NCBI RefSeq assembly: GCF_024521635.1
Contig: NW_026250430.1
Location: 310,001 to 374,000 of the forward strand
Direction of reading: 5' to 3'
DNA: 64,000 nt
Source of the DNA: Tricharina praecox
Lineage: Eukaryota
Part shown: piece by piece, positions 23,501-34,768 of the stretch
How the letters are laid out: each line of letters starts with the position of its first letter
Numbering within the stretch: the stretch's first letter is position 1
Made by a program: the position numbers and the translations under genes
Notes under the pieces: generated by a model
Told to the model about the DNA's origin: nothing
The model's database searches: none
Seen by the model: only the letters and a program-made list of their open reading frames with translations

Positions 23501-25904
23501 GCTAGCAGGACTGTCCAACCATTTCTTGACACCCTTTAGCTGCCCCTCCTCGTCCATGCCACCGTTACCCAGGAGACCGGCTTCGCTTCCCAGTTCCAGG
23601 TAACTGCTGTTGAAGCTTTCATGCGAGTTGCCATGTATCCAGAAGGCGTGGGTCCGTGGCCGCGCTTTCTTCGTTCGGTGACACAGTTCGACGGCAATGG
23701 CTGTTTTCCTAAACCGAGTCAAATCATCCTTAGTGACGTACTGGAACGTTGGAGGGACTGCCAGCTAGCGAACACAGACGTTACGTGAAGCCCGATTAAG
23801 GAAGTTGCACGTCACTGAACCTTAGCCGAATTGGCCAGGGCAGGCACTGGACGTCTGTGTTCGCTGGACACCTGACGGCTCGATGAAGAGTCTTACCCAA
23901 TTCCTCCGAGTCCGTATAGAGCGGCTCGCCGTTGGCTGTCACCCCCGGGGCTTACTAGCAACGTCTCGAGTTGGCGAAATTTCTCCTCGCGTCCGACAAA
24001 AACCGGATTTTGATAGGTAGGTACCATGAATAAAGGCTCTATATCCGAGTTGGAAACTAGAATATTTCATCAGCACACCGCAATATACAACACGTGGACT
24101 ACTCCGACTCGGGTTCTCCAAAACAACACCCGAAAAATGACATCCCGTCCAACAAAAGACCAGCAAAGCCAAGAGACCTGCAGAGGGAACGTTGCCGTAC
24201 CGGCGGCGGATGTACGCGGCTCGGCTTCTCACATCAACCCGGACTCACCGGGTTGTATGGGCGGGCTCGGGTGCGGGGTCGGAAACCAAAAAATGAACCG
24301 AAGAAAAAACGAAAAGCACGTAACACCCCCCAAGAGCCCGGGGGAGAGGTGCGACGGAAGAATTGATAAACCCCCGCTCAGTGCATATTTCCATCCCCGC
24401 CTTCTGTCGCTTATAATCCTGTCCTCCCTCGCTCCATTTTGCTCGTCGACCTTCCTCGCCCCGCCTCCACCAGAACAGTCCGCAGTCGGGCCAGAACATA
24501 GCACCAGACTACACACCTTCATGTTTTGTCCCTGCTACCCCACCGGCTTCAGTGATGCGCGGTGCGTTCTTGACACACTCTGACAGTCTATCCCTTACTG
24601 TCGTGTAGTCACTATCGGTGGGGTCGGTGAATTTTACCATGTTGGAGTGGTCGGCATTGATCCCCAGTTGCATATGGATGGACTCAGTGGGAAGAGAGTA
24701 GGTTGCCGATTCCCGTGTCACTACCCGTATCATCTCACCACTTCTTGACCAGCTCCCGTCGCGGATGACGACAGATTGAGTGTCTCGGAGTTCGAAAAAC
24801 GATGTGATCCGGCACTTTTGCAGTTCGACTCCGTGCAAGAAACGTTGATGGGATTGTCTCAAGAGCTCCGAGTCGACTCGTAGGTCGTTGATGAAGTATT
24901 CGTTCTTCTGGTCCTTCACCAAAGTCCTCAAATTCTCGATATTGAGTCCTCGGTTGGGGACGCCGAAGAAAAAGAGAGCAGCACATGAGCCTAGGAGAGC
25001 TTGATCCTTTTCGAACTTGTCGTTTTGATGGGATGCATCCGCGAGTGCCTTCGGATAATCAGAATCAATAGTGCCATGAGAAGCGCAACGCTGCCTACCT
25101 GTTTGATGACTAACCCACCGAGGCTATGGCCGATAAAGATGATCGGACGATGCACTTCCTGCATTATCTGTTAACCGAAGCTCGCAACAAATATATCTAC
25201 TGCATACATTCTCGCCTTGACGTTCGCTGCTCAGACTGTCGAAGAGCGATCTCGCAAAGACTTGGATGGAAGGCGAAAACGCGTCGTCGTTGAGAGCCGA
25301 GCCATAGCCAAAGGTGAGAACCCTCACTTTATAGCCTTGGCCTTCCAGATCCCGTGGCAAGAAGTCCCTCAACCACATCCGGGGCCGATTGCGCGACTTC
25401 CACGATCCATACGCATGACCAGCAAGGCCTGTAACGGCGACAATGCTACAAGTTCGGTTAGCTTTCAGTCGGAATCACCACACGCACGGAGGGGGAGCAC
25501 TACTCCACTGTCGGCTCGTCCGCACTGTATAATGGGGTTATACCGAGAAAGTCGCAGTCCACGACCAGTTCGACTCCAGTTTCCCGGTAGCACTTGTAGA
25601 CTTTTTTGCACGGAGCGCATCCCAGAAGAGCTGCGGGATCTGGTTCCTCCGTCGTGGGAGTAACAGTCGCCACCGCATAGTGCTTCGAACGGACTAGCGA
25701 GAATATGAAACCATCGTATCCGAGTAGTTCTTTCAGATAGGCCCCGAACTCCTCCTTCGTGGCACATAGCGGGATACCGGAAATCCGGAGCGTACGAGGT
25801 CGCGTCTGTGGCCGCGACACAGGTTCCGCCGGTTGTGTGGTGGTACTGGCGTAGGGAGGCCTCCGGGATGCCCGGAGTCGGCGGGGTTGCGGCTCTCTTG
25901 GCAT
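20543..25904 (-). CDS. Fungal NLR: RRM-like + SesB-like hydrolase / NB-ARC / 15 TPR, ~1518 aa, 6 exons
   Basis: Exons 25904-25504, 25445-25208, 25158-25099, 25048-24517, 24056-23897 and 23708-20543 total 4557 nt in one open frame. Motifs GHSLGG and INADHSNMVKF (hydrolase); NPVFVGRE; Walker A YGLGGIG|KT split by an intron; Walker B WNLIIDNFD; LPLAIAQAAAYI; YRLHRLV; then 42-aa TPRs. The exon 4-5 junction (460-nt phase-1 intron) is inferred. Confidence 0.85.
20669..22558 (-). repeat. 15 near-identical 126-bp TPR-coding tandem units
   Basis: Unit consensus xxRALDGxEKIFGEGHPDTLxTVHxMAxCFxxQGDLDKALTx; 15 x 126 = 1890 bp exactly. Confidence 0.97.
23767..23865. repeat. Perfect 15-bp inverted repeat (69-nt spacer) inside the Walker-A intron of the NLR
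   Basis: AGCGAACACAGACGT (23767-23781) and ACGTCTGTGTTCGCT (23851-23865). Confidence 0.85.
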
Positions 25905-27336
25905 AGGAGGTTTTGGGACCGAAAGAGAAATCGTGGCTAGGAACGATAGAGCGAAATCTCCTTCGGTGGATTCGAATCGTGAAAGAGGGGTCATTCTCAG
26001 CCTCACAGTCCGCTCAGCATATGTGCCAACGCACTGCGAGGAGCGCTTGGTGTACCAGTAGGTAACAAGGGTATTCGCGACAGCTCATCCGATTCGTTCG
26101 GACACGCCTCTGACGCGCAACAGGATTGGCCGACTCGGCCGTGCAGGAAAGTAGATACATACAGACTAGAAAACTGACCGCGCTCAAAGTCGTTGCGTGC
26201 GTTGAATTATGCGCAGCCTCAATACCCAGGTACCTATCGAGAGACCCTCGATGGGTACGAGCAAATGAAGAATGTGAATCAATTGAAGAACAAGAAAAGA
26301 GGTCTATGGCATTTTGGGAATATCGGTGTGTTGATGTCTGATTATTGATGTGTTGAACAAGAGACCGACGGATGAGACGAGCAGAAAAGCAACAACAGCC
26401 TCTCTCCAGCACTCAACGATGACGTCAAGCCGCCTCTGCCCCCGTGCCCCTCACTACTCTACTCTAGAGTATTGTACATATCTACATGATATCTACATAT
26501 CTCGCTTCGTTCCCACGTGGCGGTGGAGGTAGAGTACATGTGGCTAAACCCGAACGCCACAATCCGTGTGGCAAGTAAGTGAACCAGATACCTATGTATG
26601 CTTGTTTTCTGTTATGCCCAAGGGAAAGAAGCCTCCCCATTTCTCTAATTAATAGTGGTCTTGGGGTGTGTTTAAATACCTGTGAGGTACTGGACTCCAG
26701 TTTCGGTTTTGCCAGGAAATTCAATTCGTTGCTCGGGCACCGGATTTCGCGAAACTTCGGTTTCTGTATACGTGAAAAAACCAAGGTGCATTCTTGTTCT
26801 CGCCCCAGACTAAGTGGTTGCTCTCAAAGCATGAAGCTCCATGTGGGTTTGCCGTGGAATGGAGGTGGGTTGCTTCTATTGGTTTGAGGAATGCTATTTC
26901 ACTAGGTACTTATTGGTGGCTTCATCGTGTAAGCAGAGGAGCAATATCCCGTCATCTCCGCAGGATCACGGTGCTTGATGAAGAGCCGGAAGATCGTGGA
27001 ACAGAGTGGCTACACTTCGGGGAGCCGTCCTTGGTGACAAGGACCGAAACGCCGCTGTCATCGCCGCCTACCTATCCGGCCCCGACAGGAAAGATGGCCG
27101 GGAAAGATGTACTTGGAGAAGCTACATACCTATTCCATCAGGATTCAGGAGTAGGAATCAAAATCTTAAACAGCTGGTGCCGCTCATTCACGCCTCGAGA
27201 GTTGACCGAATACATTTTATTAATATTAACAGGGCCAACACATTATATAAAAATAGCCCACAATCTCCACCACCATCCATCACTTACCCCCACAACTTCC
27301 CTCCCCCCCTTCCTCCCCTTTCTCCGTAATCCAAGC

Positions 27337-27639
27337 CTAATAGACCTTGTAGCTAGCGTACTGCCCGGTGGGCACATTATTGACGCCCTTCTTCCCCTTG
27401 TATCCCAAGTCGTGGCATCTCTCATCGTGGAAGAGCTCGAACGTATCCGCCAGCGACGAGCCCTCAAAATGGACGTTGTTCACGTCCGCGTCCGACTTTT
27501 TGAACTTGGTGCAGCCGCTGTTGGTGTGTCCATTGAAGTGCAGCGTGGTCCCGTCGTCGTAGGAGACGTCGAACTTCCAGGCCACAGCAAGCCCCGCGTA
27601 GGCGGAAAGGAGGAGAGCGAGAGGGAGCGCGGTGTGCAT
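27337..27639 (-). CDS. Small secreted protein, 100 aa, 2 Cys, possibly beta/gamma-crystallin-like
   Basis: Signal-peptide-like MHTALPLALLLSAYAGLAVA, strong codon bias, pattern SGC..FELFxDxxC..SYKVY; the fold call is an inference. Confidence 0.8.
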   Translation of the reverse strand: MHTALPLALLLSAYAGLAVAWKFDVSYDDGTTLHFNGHTNSGCTKFKKSDADVNNVHFEGSSLADTFELFHDERCHDLGYKGKKGVNNVPTGQYASYKVY

Positions 27640-28768
27640 CGTTTCCGGTGGGTAGATGTGTGCTAAGTGAGAAAGGAGCGCTCGGACGGTTGTGTCGGTC
27701 GGTCGGTCGGTGTGGATGGACTAGACGGACTCGATGGAAGCGATAGGATCGCGAGGCGGAAGTCGAGTAGGTACTTGGTTTAGAGGATCTGGAAAGACTC
27801 GATGGATGGATCAGAAGTGTGGAACTGAGGAGCGGTCTATCGTTGGGCGGGATGTGGAGGGTATTTATCCTCTCTGTCGTAACTATGGATGGGACTCTCG
27901 TCACCCAGAGCATTCCGAATGATATCACGACGGAGCGGTGCACTCGACCACTTAGTGGTCTCGCCCTTCCCCCGATTCACGAAACCATGACGCCTAGATA
28001 TCTATTATGTCGATACATACGCGCGCACGCCCGTGTTCACACACCGTCGCTATATAGACTACCTATTACACTCCACCGACACTATCATTCGCAGCCCCGT
28101 ATGCGCTCTATGCGCCCTATGCGCCCTGTGCGCGACACCACAACGCTCGTCTGAGGAATTTCAACTGGCCCGAGCGCTAAACTACCCGCACGAGCTCAAT
28201 CGAAATGTGAAAGAATGACAGAAGTCCTCATCGCTCCTGACCGGCTCTGCCACCACCACCACAAGGTGATGTCACTTGATCGTCTTCAAGTTCTTTCGTA
28301 TACTTCGATAGAAATAGACTTACTCGAGCAAGAACATACAATGGGGAGACATATTTTCGGGCTGATTTAGTGTCCGGTCGAGAGTGAACAGAGGCTTCGA
28401 GGGCTTGGTTTTCTGACTGGCCGGATATCACGAAAGGTCACTCGCAGTGTTTTTTGTAGAAGCTCGGTCAAATCACATCACTTTGCACAGGAGAGAGACC
28501 ACATTTGCGAAACATTTTGTCGAGTGAAAACACCAAGTACGAGCTGTCCCGACCGCGATTAAAATGCAAGAGAAGAGTATGACCAAACTAGTACTCCCCC
28601 CAGCCCAGTTTGAAAAAGAAAAGAGAACGAACGAGACCTTCTCGAACGTCAAATTCTCGAGAAGAAAGAAGAAAGCAATCCAACACCCAAACTAGCCAGC
28701 TCGTACAGGAAGGAATGAAGCAGGAAACATTACTTCCGCGATATCACTCCGACACCGTGTGACTTGGT

Positions 28769-30001
28769 CTATTTACCAGTCTGAACGTTACCAGCCTGGA
28801 CGTTACCAGCTTGGGCACCAGTCTGGGCACCACCACCACCGTAGAGACGGCGGCCGGGCTCAGGCTGGAAGAGGACGACATGGATATTACCCTCCAGGCC
28901 AAAACCGGCCTCGTCGAGTGACTTCCTGGTGCCGCTCATGAACGACTGTCCAAGGAGGAAGCCGCCTTCAGTGTGGCGAAGAACCTGGATGCGAGCGCCG
29001 GGGGCTCCTCCCAGCTTCTTGATGAGATCGTCCACAGAAGAGTGCTTGGATAGGGTAGTGGTGTTGACGAAGTTGCAACTGGTGTCGCGGAGCGTGACCT
29101 TGATGGCAGTACCGAAGGCACGCCTCTTGTTGGACACACCGTTCCAAGCCGATGTGAATCCATTGTTTTCGTTGTTAGTACCAGCGATGCTGCCGTTCAC
29201 GGGTGACTCGCCGTAGACCTTTGGTGGCTGCTGCTGTGGCTGCTGCTGCTGATGCTGCTGATGCTGATGCTGTACCTGGTCGTGACAAACTTGGGCGTAC
29301 GTCTTTCTCGCGGGCCCGTAGTTTCCCCCAACCTTGTTGCCTCTGCCTCGGGGCGGATAGGCCGTGAGGAACTTCTGGTAGCCATGATGCGGCGGGTGAA
29401 TATTGTTCTTGTTGTAGTCCTCAACATAGGTCTCGTCGTTGCTGGGATTCTCCTCAAGGCTACCGACAGTCTGAGTATCCTGCTGACGCGACTCGATGTT
29501 CGGCTCGTAGCTCAACTCCCTGCCCGGCTCGTTGTTTGATTCGTTGCTTGACTCGTTGTTCTGCTGTTTAACGGCAGCGTCGCTCGAACCCTCAACCGAC
29601 AGAGTGGGGGCTAGGAACAGTTTGGCTCCGGGCATGACGAGGTCTGCCCAGAAGCGTTCCTTGACGATAGAACCGGACGCATCGAGGACCTGCCAATTTC
29701 CTTTTCCTGGAGCGGGAGACTTCCCCGACGGATTACGAAGACCCTCATCTGTGAGGAACTCGTTGGCGACTTCCTGGAAGTCCTGATGATAAAGTTAGTA
29801 TAGGCATCGTATGAGTAAAATTTGAGGGGTCGATTGGGGATTTACTTCGAAGGTGCGAACGTGGGCGAAGGGTACTGCGTATGGTCGCGACCAGGTAGAG
29901 ACATCGCCCTGGTAGAAGTGCAACTGGATTGGTGAAGACTTCAGTGCAGTGGCATCCCCAATATTGGTGGTATCCATCAGAGTCGTGTCGCTCGCTTCCA
30001 T
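28769..30001 (-). CDS. ~389-aa protein with probable ubiquitin-like N-terminal domain, Q/N/G-rich centre and C-terminal GxQxG repeats
   Basis: Exons 30001-29846 and 29782-28769 (GTAAAT..TACTAAC..CAG intron) are in frame. The N-terminal pattern YAVPFAHVRTFEDF..WQVLDASGSIVKERFWADLVMPG resembles fungal ubiquitin-like domains; there is a polyQ/H tract and the end reads GGGGAQTGAQAGNVQAGNVQTGK*. Confidence 0.8.
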
Positions 30002-31681
30002 TGTGGGTCGTTGCAAGTGAGCGCCTTGTGGAGATGTTTGATGCGGGAGGAGAGAGTGGAGGGAGGGAGGGACGAGTGAGGGAGGAGGGGGGTTGAAGGA
30101 GTAAAGAGGTAAGAGTGGTGGTGGTCTCTTTACAAAAGGTTCGGAGGGGGAGAGGGAGAAGGGAGGAGGACTGCGGGAGGGGGAAGGAAGAGGAAGGATG
30201 GAGGAGGTAGGAAGGAGGGGGAAGTAGTGGTGATGCGGCTCCAAGTATTTAGCTAGACCCGGGGCGGGGTGCGACTTGCGTGTTAGGGTACACGCAGCTT
30301 TTGTCGGCGTGAGTGGCCTTGATGTGAGTTTGAGTGATGCGGTATGAACGGGTCGAAGGGACAGAGGATCATGTAATTCTTTTGTGGAAAAGAGTCGAAC
30401 CTATCTTGATATTGGTGGCTGTTTATTTTTAGGTACATCGCAGAGCTTTGCTTCCCGAGTGTGTAGAAGGTGTGCGCATCAACACTCACTCATCAACGGG
30501 ATATTTTTTGGTTGAATCATTGATTTCGTACGACCTCTCTAGATCATAGCAATTTTCACACATACGCATTCCGTTTCCATGCCACTGTTCAACCCCCCCT
30601 TCATCGGACTACTCGATGTGGCTTCCCCTGAGCTCCGCCCCGACCTATCCCAGCGTCAGAAGTAGAGCGCATTAAGGAAATATCACTAAGGAAATACAGC
30701 TTCCGTTCCCTATCCCGCCTCGCCTCCTGCCTCTCCATCGGCAGACGCCATAAATGATGGTGATGAGTTTCTCAACATCAGCGCCTTCCCACCTCTCTCG
30801 CCTCAGCTCCGCCTCCTTTTCTTCCCGCTCCCTTATCTTCCACTTGGACACCTCGCTTGCCATCTTCCTCAGCGGCCTCCACGATTCGCCTACCCACATC
30901 AGTGGTGGCGGGAAAGCGCAAGATCTGCTAGCCGCACCGCTCGTCTGCGAAGAGGTCTGACGCGTGAGCAGAATACCCTCGTACGGGAGCCCGCGACAGC
31001 GCCCGAGTGATATCACATGATTCGTCGTATCAAGCCCACAAAAATTGCAACCGACAGAAAAGGGGGGTGAGCTAGAGCCAACCGTAGGCTATACTCACTC
31101 CTACCAAAGCGGTATTGCCCTCATTACATTTAGTGGGTGTACATTGGTGCTAGTCAGGTTTACCTCTATCGTTGATGGAACCGTTGTATTCCGTCTGCCT
31201 AGGGAAATGTCTCTGGTCCAGCGTTAGTTAATCACATTGAACGCCAGGCGGTAACTAAACCAAACTGCTGACATAAGCAGCTTGAGAAAGTTTCATGCCG
31301 TATGTTGGACTCTGTGATCTGTAACAAACGGGCCTTCCGAAACAGCAGCGCATGAGATAGGTACGTTAGGCCACCGGGGTTGTCTTGCGGAGGGAGGGGG
31401 GGAGGTGGGAGCGTGTCGCTCTCGTTTTCGTTTTCGTTTTCGTTCTTGCTGTCTTCATTCGGAGAGGACATTATGACGACGACGATAGGGTGTCACTGTG
31501 GTAAGGATTGCATTCCGACACCCATGACTAAAGACGGGATCCAACCACACTCTGACTTGTACAGTTGTACTTGGAAGGTATTGTCGTGAACACTGCTGCC
31601 TGAGTGCACCCCTCCCAACCCAGCAATGTGATACCGAGGGTATAAACCCGCTGTATTATATAAGTTCTTATCCAGCAACTA

Positions 31682-32041
31682 TCAACTGCGCATCCATACG
31701 GTAGCTAACCCTCCGTAGCCAACACGCGGCCAGCACCACCAGCACCACTGCCACAATGCGCAAGCGGATCCACGAACCACTGAAAGCAGCCGGTCAACAT
31801 GCACCTGAAGTAAACTCATCAGCCCCCGTACCCCCGCCAACCCCGGTGAGGAGGGGGTACCATACGCCTTCATGCTCGCTACGTACAGCTCCGAACAGTC
31901 CTCCCACGACTCTGTGATCCGGCAGAGCTCCGATCCGCGTATGCAGTGATCCGGGTTCGCGTTGTCGACGACCACGGCGGGCGCGGTGAAGGCCACCGCA
32001 GCGAGGGAGATGAGTAGTGAGACGGAGACGGAGACTTACAT
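31682..32041 (-). pseudogene. Possible inactivated small secreted protein gene
   Basis: ATG-TAA followed in frame by signal-peptide-like VSVSVSLLISLAAVAFTAPAVVV and a Cys-containing stretch (HCIRGSELCRITESWEDC); 3' end uncertain. Confidence 0.3.
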
Positions 32042-33075
32042 TGCTTGCGATAGTTGCGGCGAGAGGGTTGGCGCGACAACGCGGCTTTATATCCATCTAA
32101 GAGACGGGCTGTTTGTCCGCGCCGTGATGTTGGTTGCTGCTGGGGCGGGTGGGGGGTGCCACAGACCCTTTTCGAATACGGGAAACCCTGGATATATCAT
32201 AGTTACCGAGGTCGCGTCCGTGCCCGACCAGCCAGCTGTCGCTGTGGCTCGGAATTGCGGGGTGCAGGGTGTTTGCATCCGCTGATCACTCTATATCACA
32301 GCAAAAGAATCATCACCGCTGGCGTGTGCATCACTTTATACCTCTCGTATCGGAAGAATCATCAACACTTGCGAACATGCTGACACGGTGAGAAGTATTA
32401 GGATCGCACACCGCACAAAGGGCCTGAAGACGATTAACCTCTACCTCCTCTTTCACCTTGTGTATTCTACTTCTCTCGACCCGCCCTTTTCGGCCTGGAC
32501 TCTGAAGCGGCATTGGCGAAAGAGCCCTCGCAAAACTGGGGCTGTCAACTCGGCCGAAACACTGCGACCGCGGACCCCCGCAATGTTTCCTGCACCCTCC
32601 CCCATCCCAAAGTAATGGAGTCCGGCAATCGGATCTGCCTGTCACGGATAGCCACTGGCGGATGGCGGCACCACAGACTGTCCACCCCCTCCTTCCACTT
32701 GAGATACCTACCTACGTGACACATCGAACCGATGCCTTGATTTCCGAAACAAAGTGTCGGGTGAAGTGACTCGGGATCTCTCGCCGTCCTACGCAACTTC
32801 CTTGAGTCTGGAGGACCTCTGCATATTGGTAGCACGGGCCACGTATACGCCTTATGCCCAGCGATACGAATGAAATGAATTGTTTGTGTACGGTGCCAAT
32901 AATTACAGCTAAACTAAGTACGTAGAATACAAATAGTTCGTATCACCACCACCGCCGCCACCACTACCACCACCACCATTACCATGGCCACCACTGCCAC
33001 CACCGAACGTCGCCCTTTGTACATACCCCCCCCAGTTGCAAAGGTGAGAAAGTAAGAAAGCGATCCGACATCATC

Positions 33076-34768
33076 TTATACAGCCTTGCTGCCCGCGCCG
33101 GGGAACTTCTCCAGCATCTCCCCGTTCCAGTTCTGTATACCGGGACACTTCGGATTGAACAGGGGGAGCAGAGTCGTAGTCAGCAATTTGAGAGCCACAT
33201 TCAAGAGAGCGCCGAGGAGGCCACCCTGCAGCAGATCGGGCACGACAGCGAGCAGCGTGCGGAAGATGAAGCAGACGAGCATGTCGGGGTCGAGGAGATC
33301 GAACGAGTTATAGATACCGCCGGTGATGCCGCCCAGGTCGACACCGGCGAAGGAGTTGACCGTGCCCATGTTCCCGCCGACCTTGAGAATCGCCGGGTTG
33401 TAGGCGGCCATGCGCACGAGATCCACCGCGAACCGCGCGTTGCCGTACTCGCTGACGACGCCGCCCGCTGCCCGTCGGTGCCAGTTGTGCGGGATCCGCT
33501 CGTGCCCCCGCGTGTGCGTCAGCGTCCCCGTGCTCGTGTCTTCGTGCACCGCGAAGAAGGACTGAAGGATCTCTTTCGTCACCCGCCCGTTCGGCCACTG
33601 CGCCGAGTGGTTGCCCATCATCCCCGGGACGAAGCAGTGGCCGGCGTTGCTGACGAGCAGTCCGCTGACGGGGCCGAAGAAGAAGTAGGGGTTGGTGGAG
33701 ATGGAGTCCTGGAGCGTGTAGTTGCGGTGGATATTCCTGCATAGGTAGGTTGGGTTAGGTTGGACGCGAAAAACGAAGCTGGAAGGTGCGTGGAAACTAC
33801 ATACATCACGTCCAGAGTCCAGTTCGGAACCGCCGCGTTGGCCTGGAGGGACAACAGCTTCTTGAATTTCGGAAGCTGGACGGACTGCACACGTGAGTGA
33901 GCAACAACTCGAAGCGCCATCGTATATAAACAAGCGGAGAGACTCACGTTTACGTCTCCATTGAATAGATAAGAGTCACCATGCGTGACGCTCGCGTCGG
34001 TTTCATATCTGGTGTCAGGTTAGCCATCATGATCGATCGATCGCAGCGCACACACAAAAAAGCCTACTTGTTATGAGATCCACTCAGACCTTTTCCCGTG
34101 CCAAGGAGTCCAAGAAGAGTTCCACCGGTCGGCCCACCGATGCTCCACGATAGCGTCCTGGAGACCGATAAGTACATACATCATACCGCGCTTGATATGG
34201 CCCCGATATCGGTTGAATGGGATAGAATGGTTCGCTACGTACAGAATATTGCCCGACAGCAAGGTGGCGTATAGGCTCAGCGGCAGCGAAAGATCGATGC
34301 CAATACCTGCTCGGATACCATCTCAGCGTCTCACTCGAGGTCGAATGGGGGCGGCAATCAATCCCTACCGAAGATTTCATTCGTGACCGTTGCCGCAGAA
34401 AGCAAGCCGACGACTCCATTGCGCGGCAGATAGCCATGATTGGCGAGCGAGTTTAGCGCGGGACACGGACCCCGTCTTTGGCCGTGTTTAGCATCCGGCC
34501 TCAACATTCCACCTTCGGGGAGGGCTCACTTGTCATTCGGTCCGGGAGCTTTCCAAGCATGAGCGCCGGTAACTTCGATCCTTCTGTACGTGCCGGCGTC
34601 GCCAGCAGTTGTATTGTTGTCGTCTTGCCGTCTCCGCAGCCAGGAGCGGAACGAGCTCTCGCTCCGGAGCGCAGGCGCGCGGCTCAGGAAATTGGGGAGG
34701 CAGACGGTGGACTCGGGGAAGATCCCGAGCACGCTTAGAAATAACAGGAATGTTGCGACGCTCCTCAT
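33076..34768 (-). CDS. Secreted heme-thiolate peroxidase (chloroperoxidase/unspecific peroxygenase family), multi-exon
   Basis: Signal peptide; across exons RGPCPALNSLANHGYLPRNG (proximal Cys), GLSGSHNKYETDAS, SISTNPYFFF, GHERIPHNWHRR and GGNMGTVNSFAGVD. Confidence 0.92.

Noticed and set aside
20543..23722. NLR apparently lacking a P-loop and N-terminal domain (ORF starts MTRFRKT)
   Set aside because: Walker A is completed by the upstream exon 24056-23897; the ORF start lies in an intron.
20543..25904. Two-gene NLR/effector pair coupled by an amyloid motif (sesB/het-s type)
   Set aside because: No N/Q/G-rich motif at the hydrolase C-terminus or before the NB-ARC; an in-phase splice explains the linkage better.
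26794..27666. 290-aa plus-strand ORF
   Set aside because: Overlaps the better-supported secreted-protein gene in antisense and has no recognisable domain.
30672..31471. Minus-strand ORF fragments (MSSPNEDSKNENENE..., ...KIREREEKEAELRRE)
   Set aside because: I could not join them into a consistent spliced gene or assign a family.
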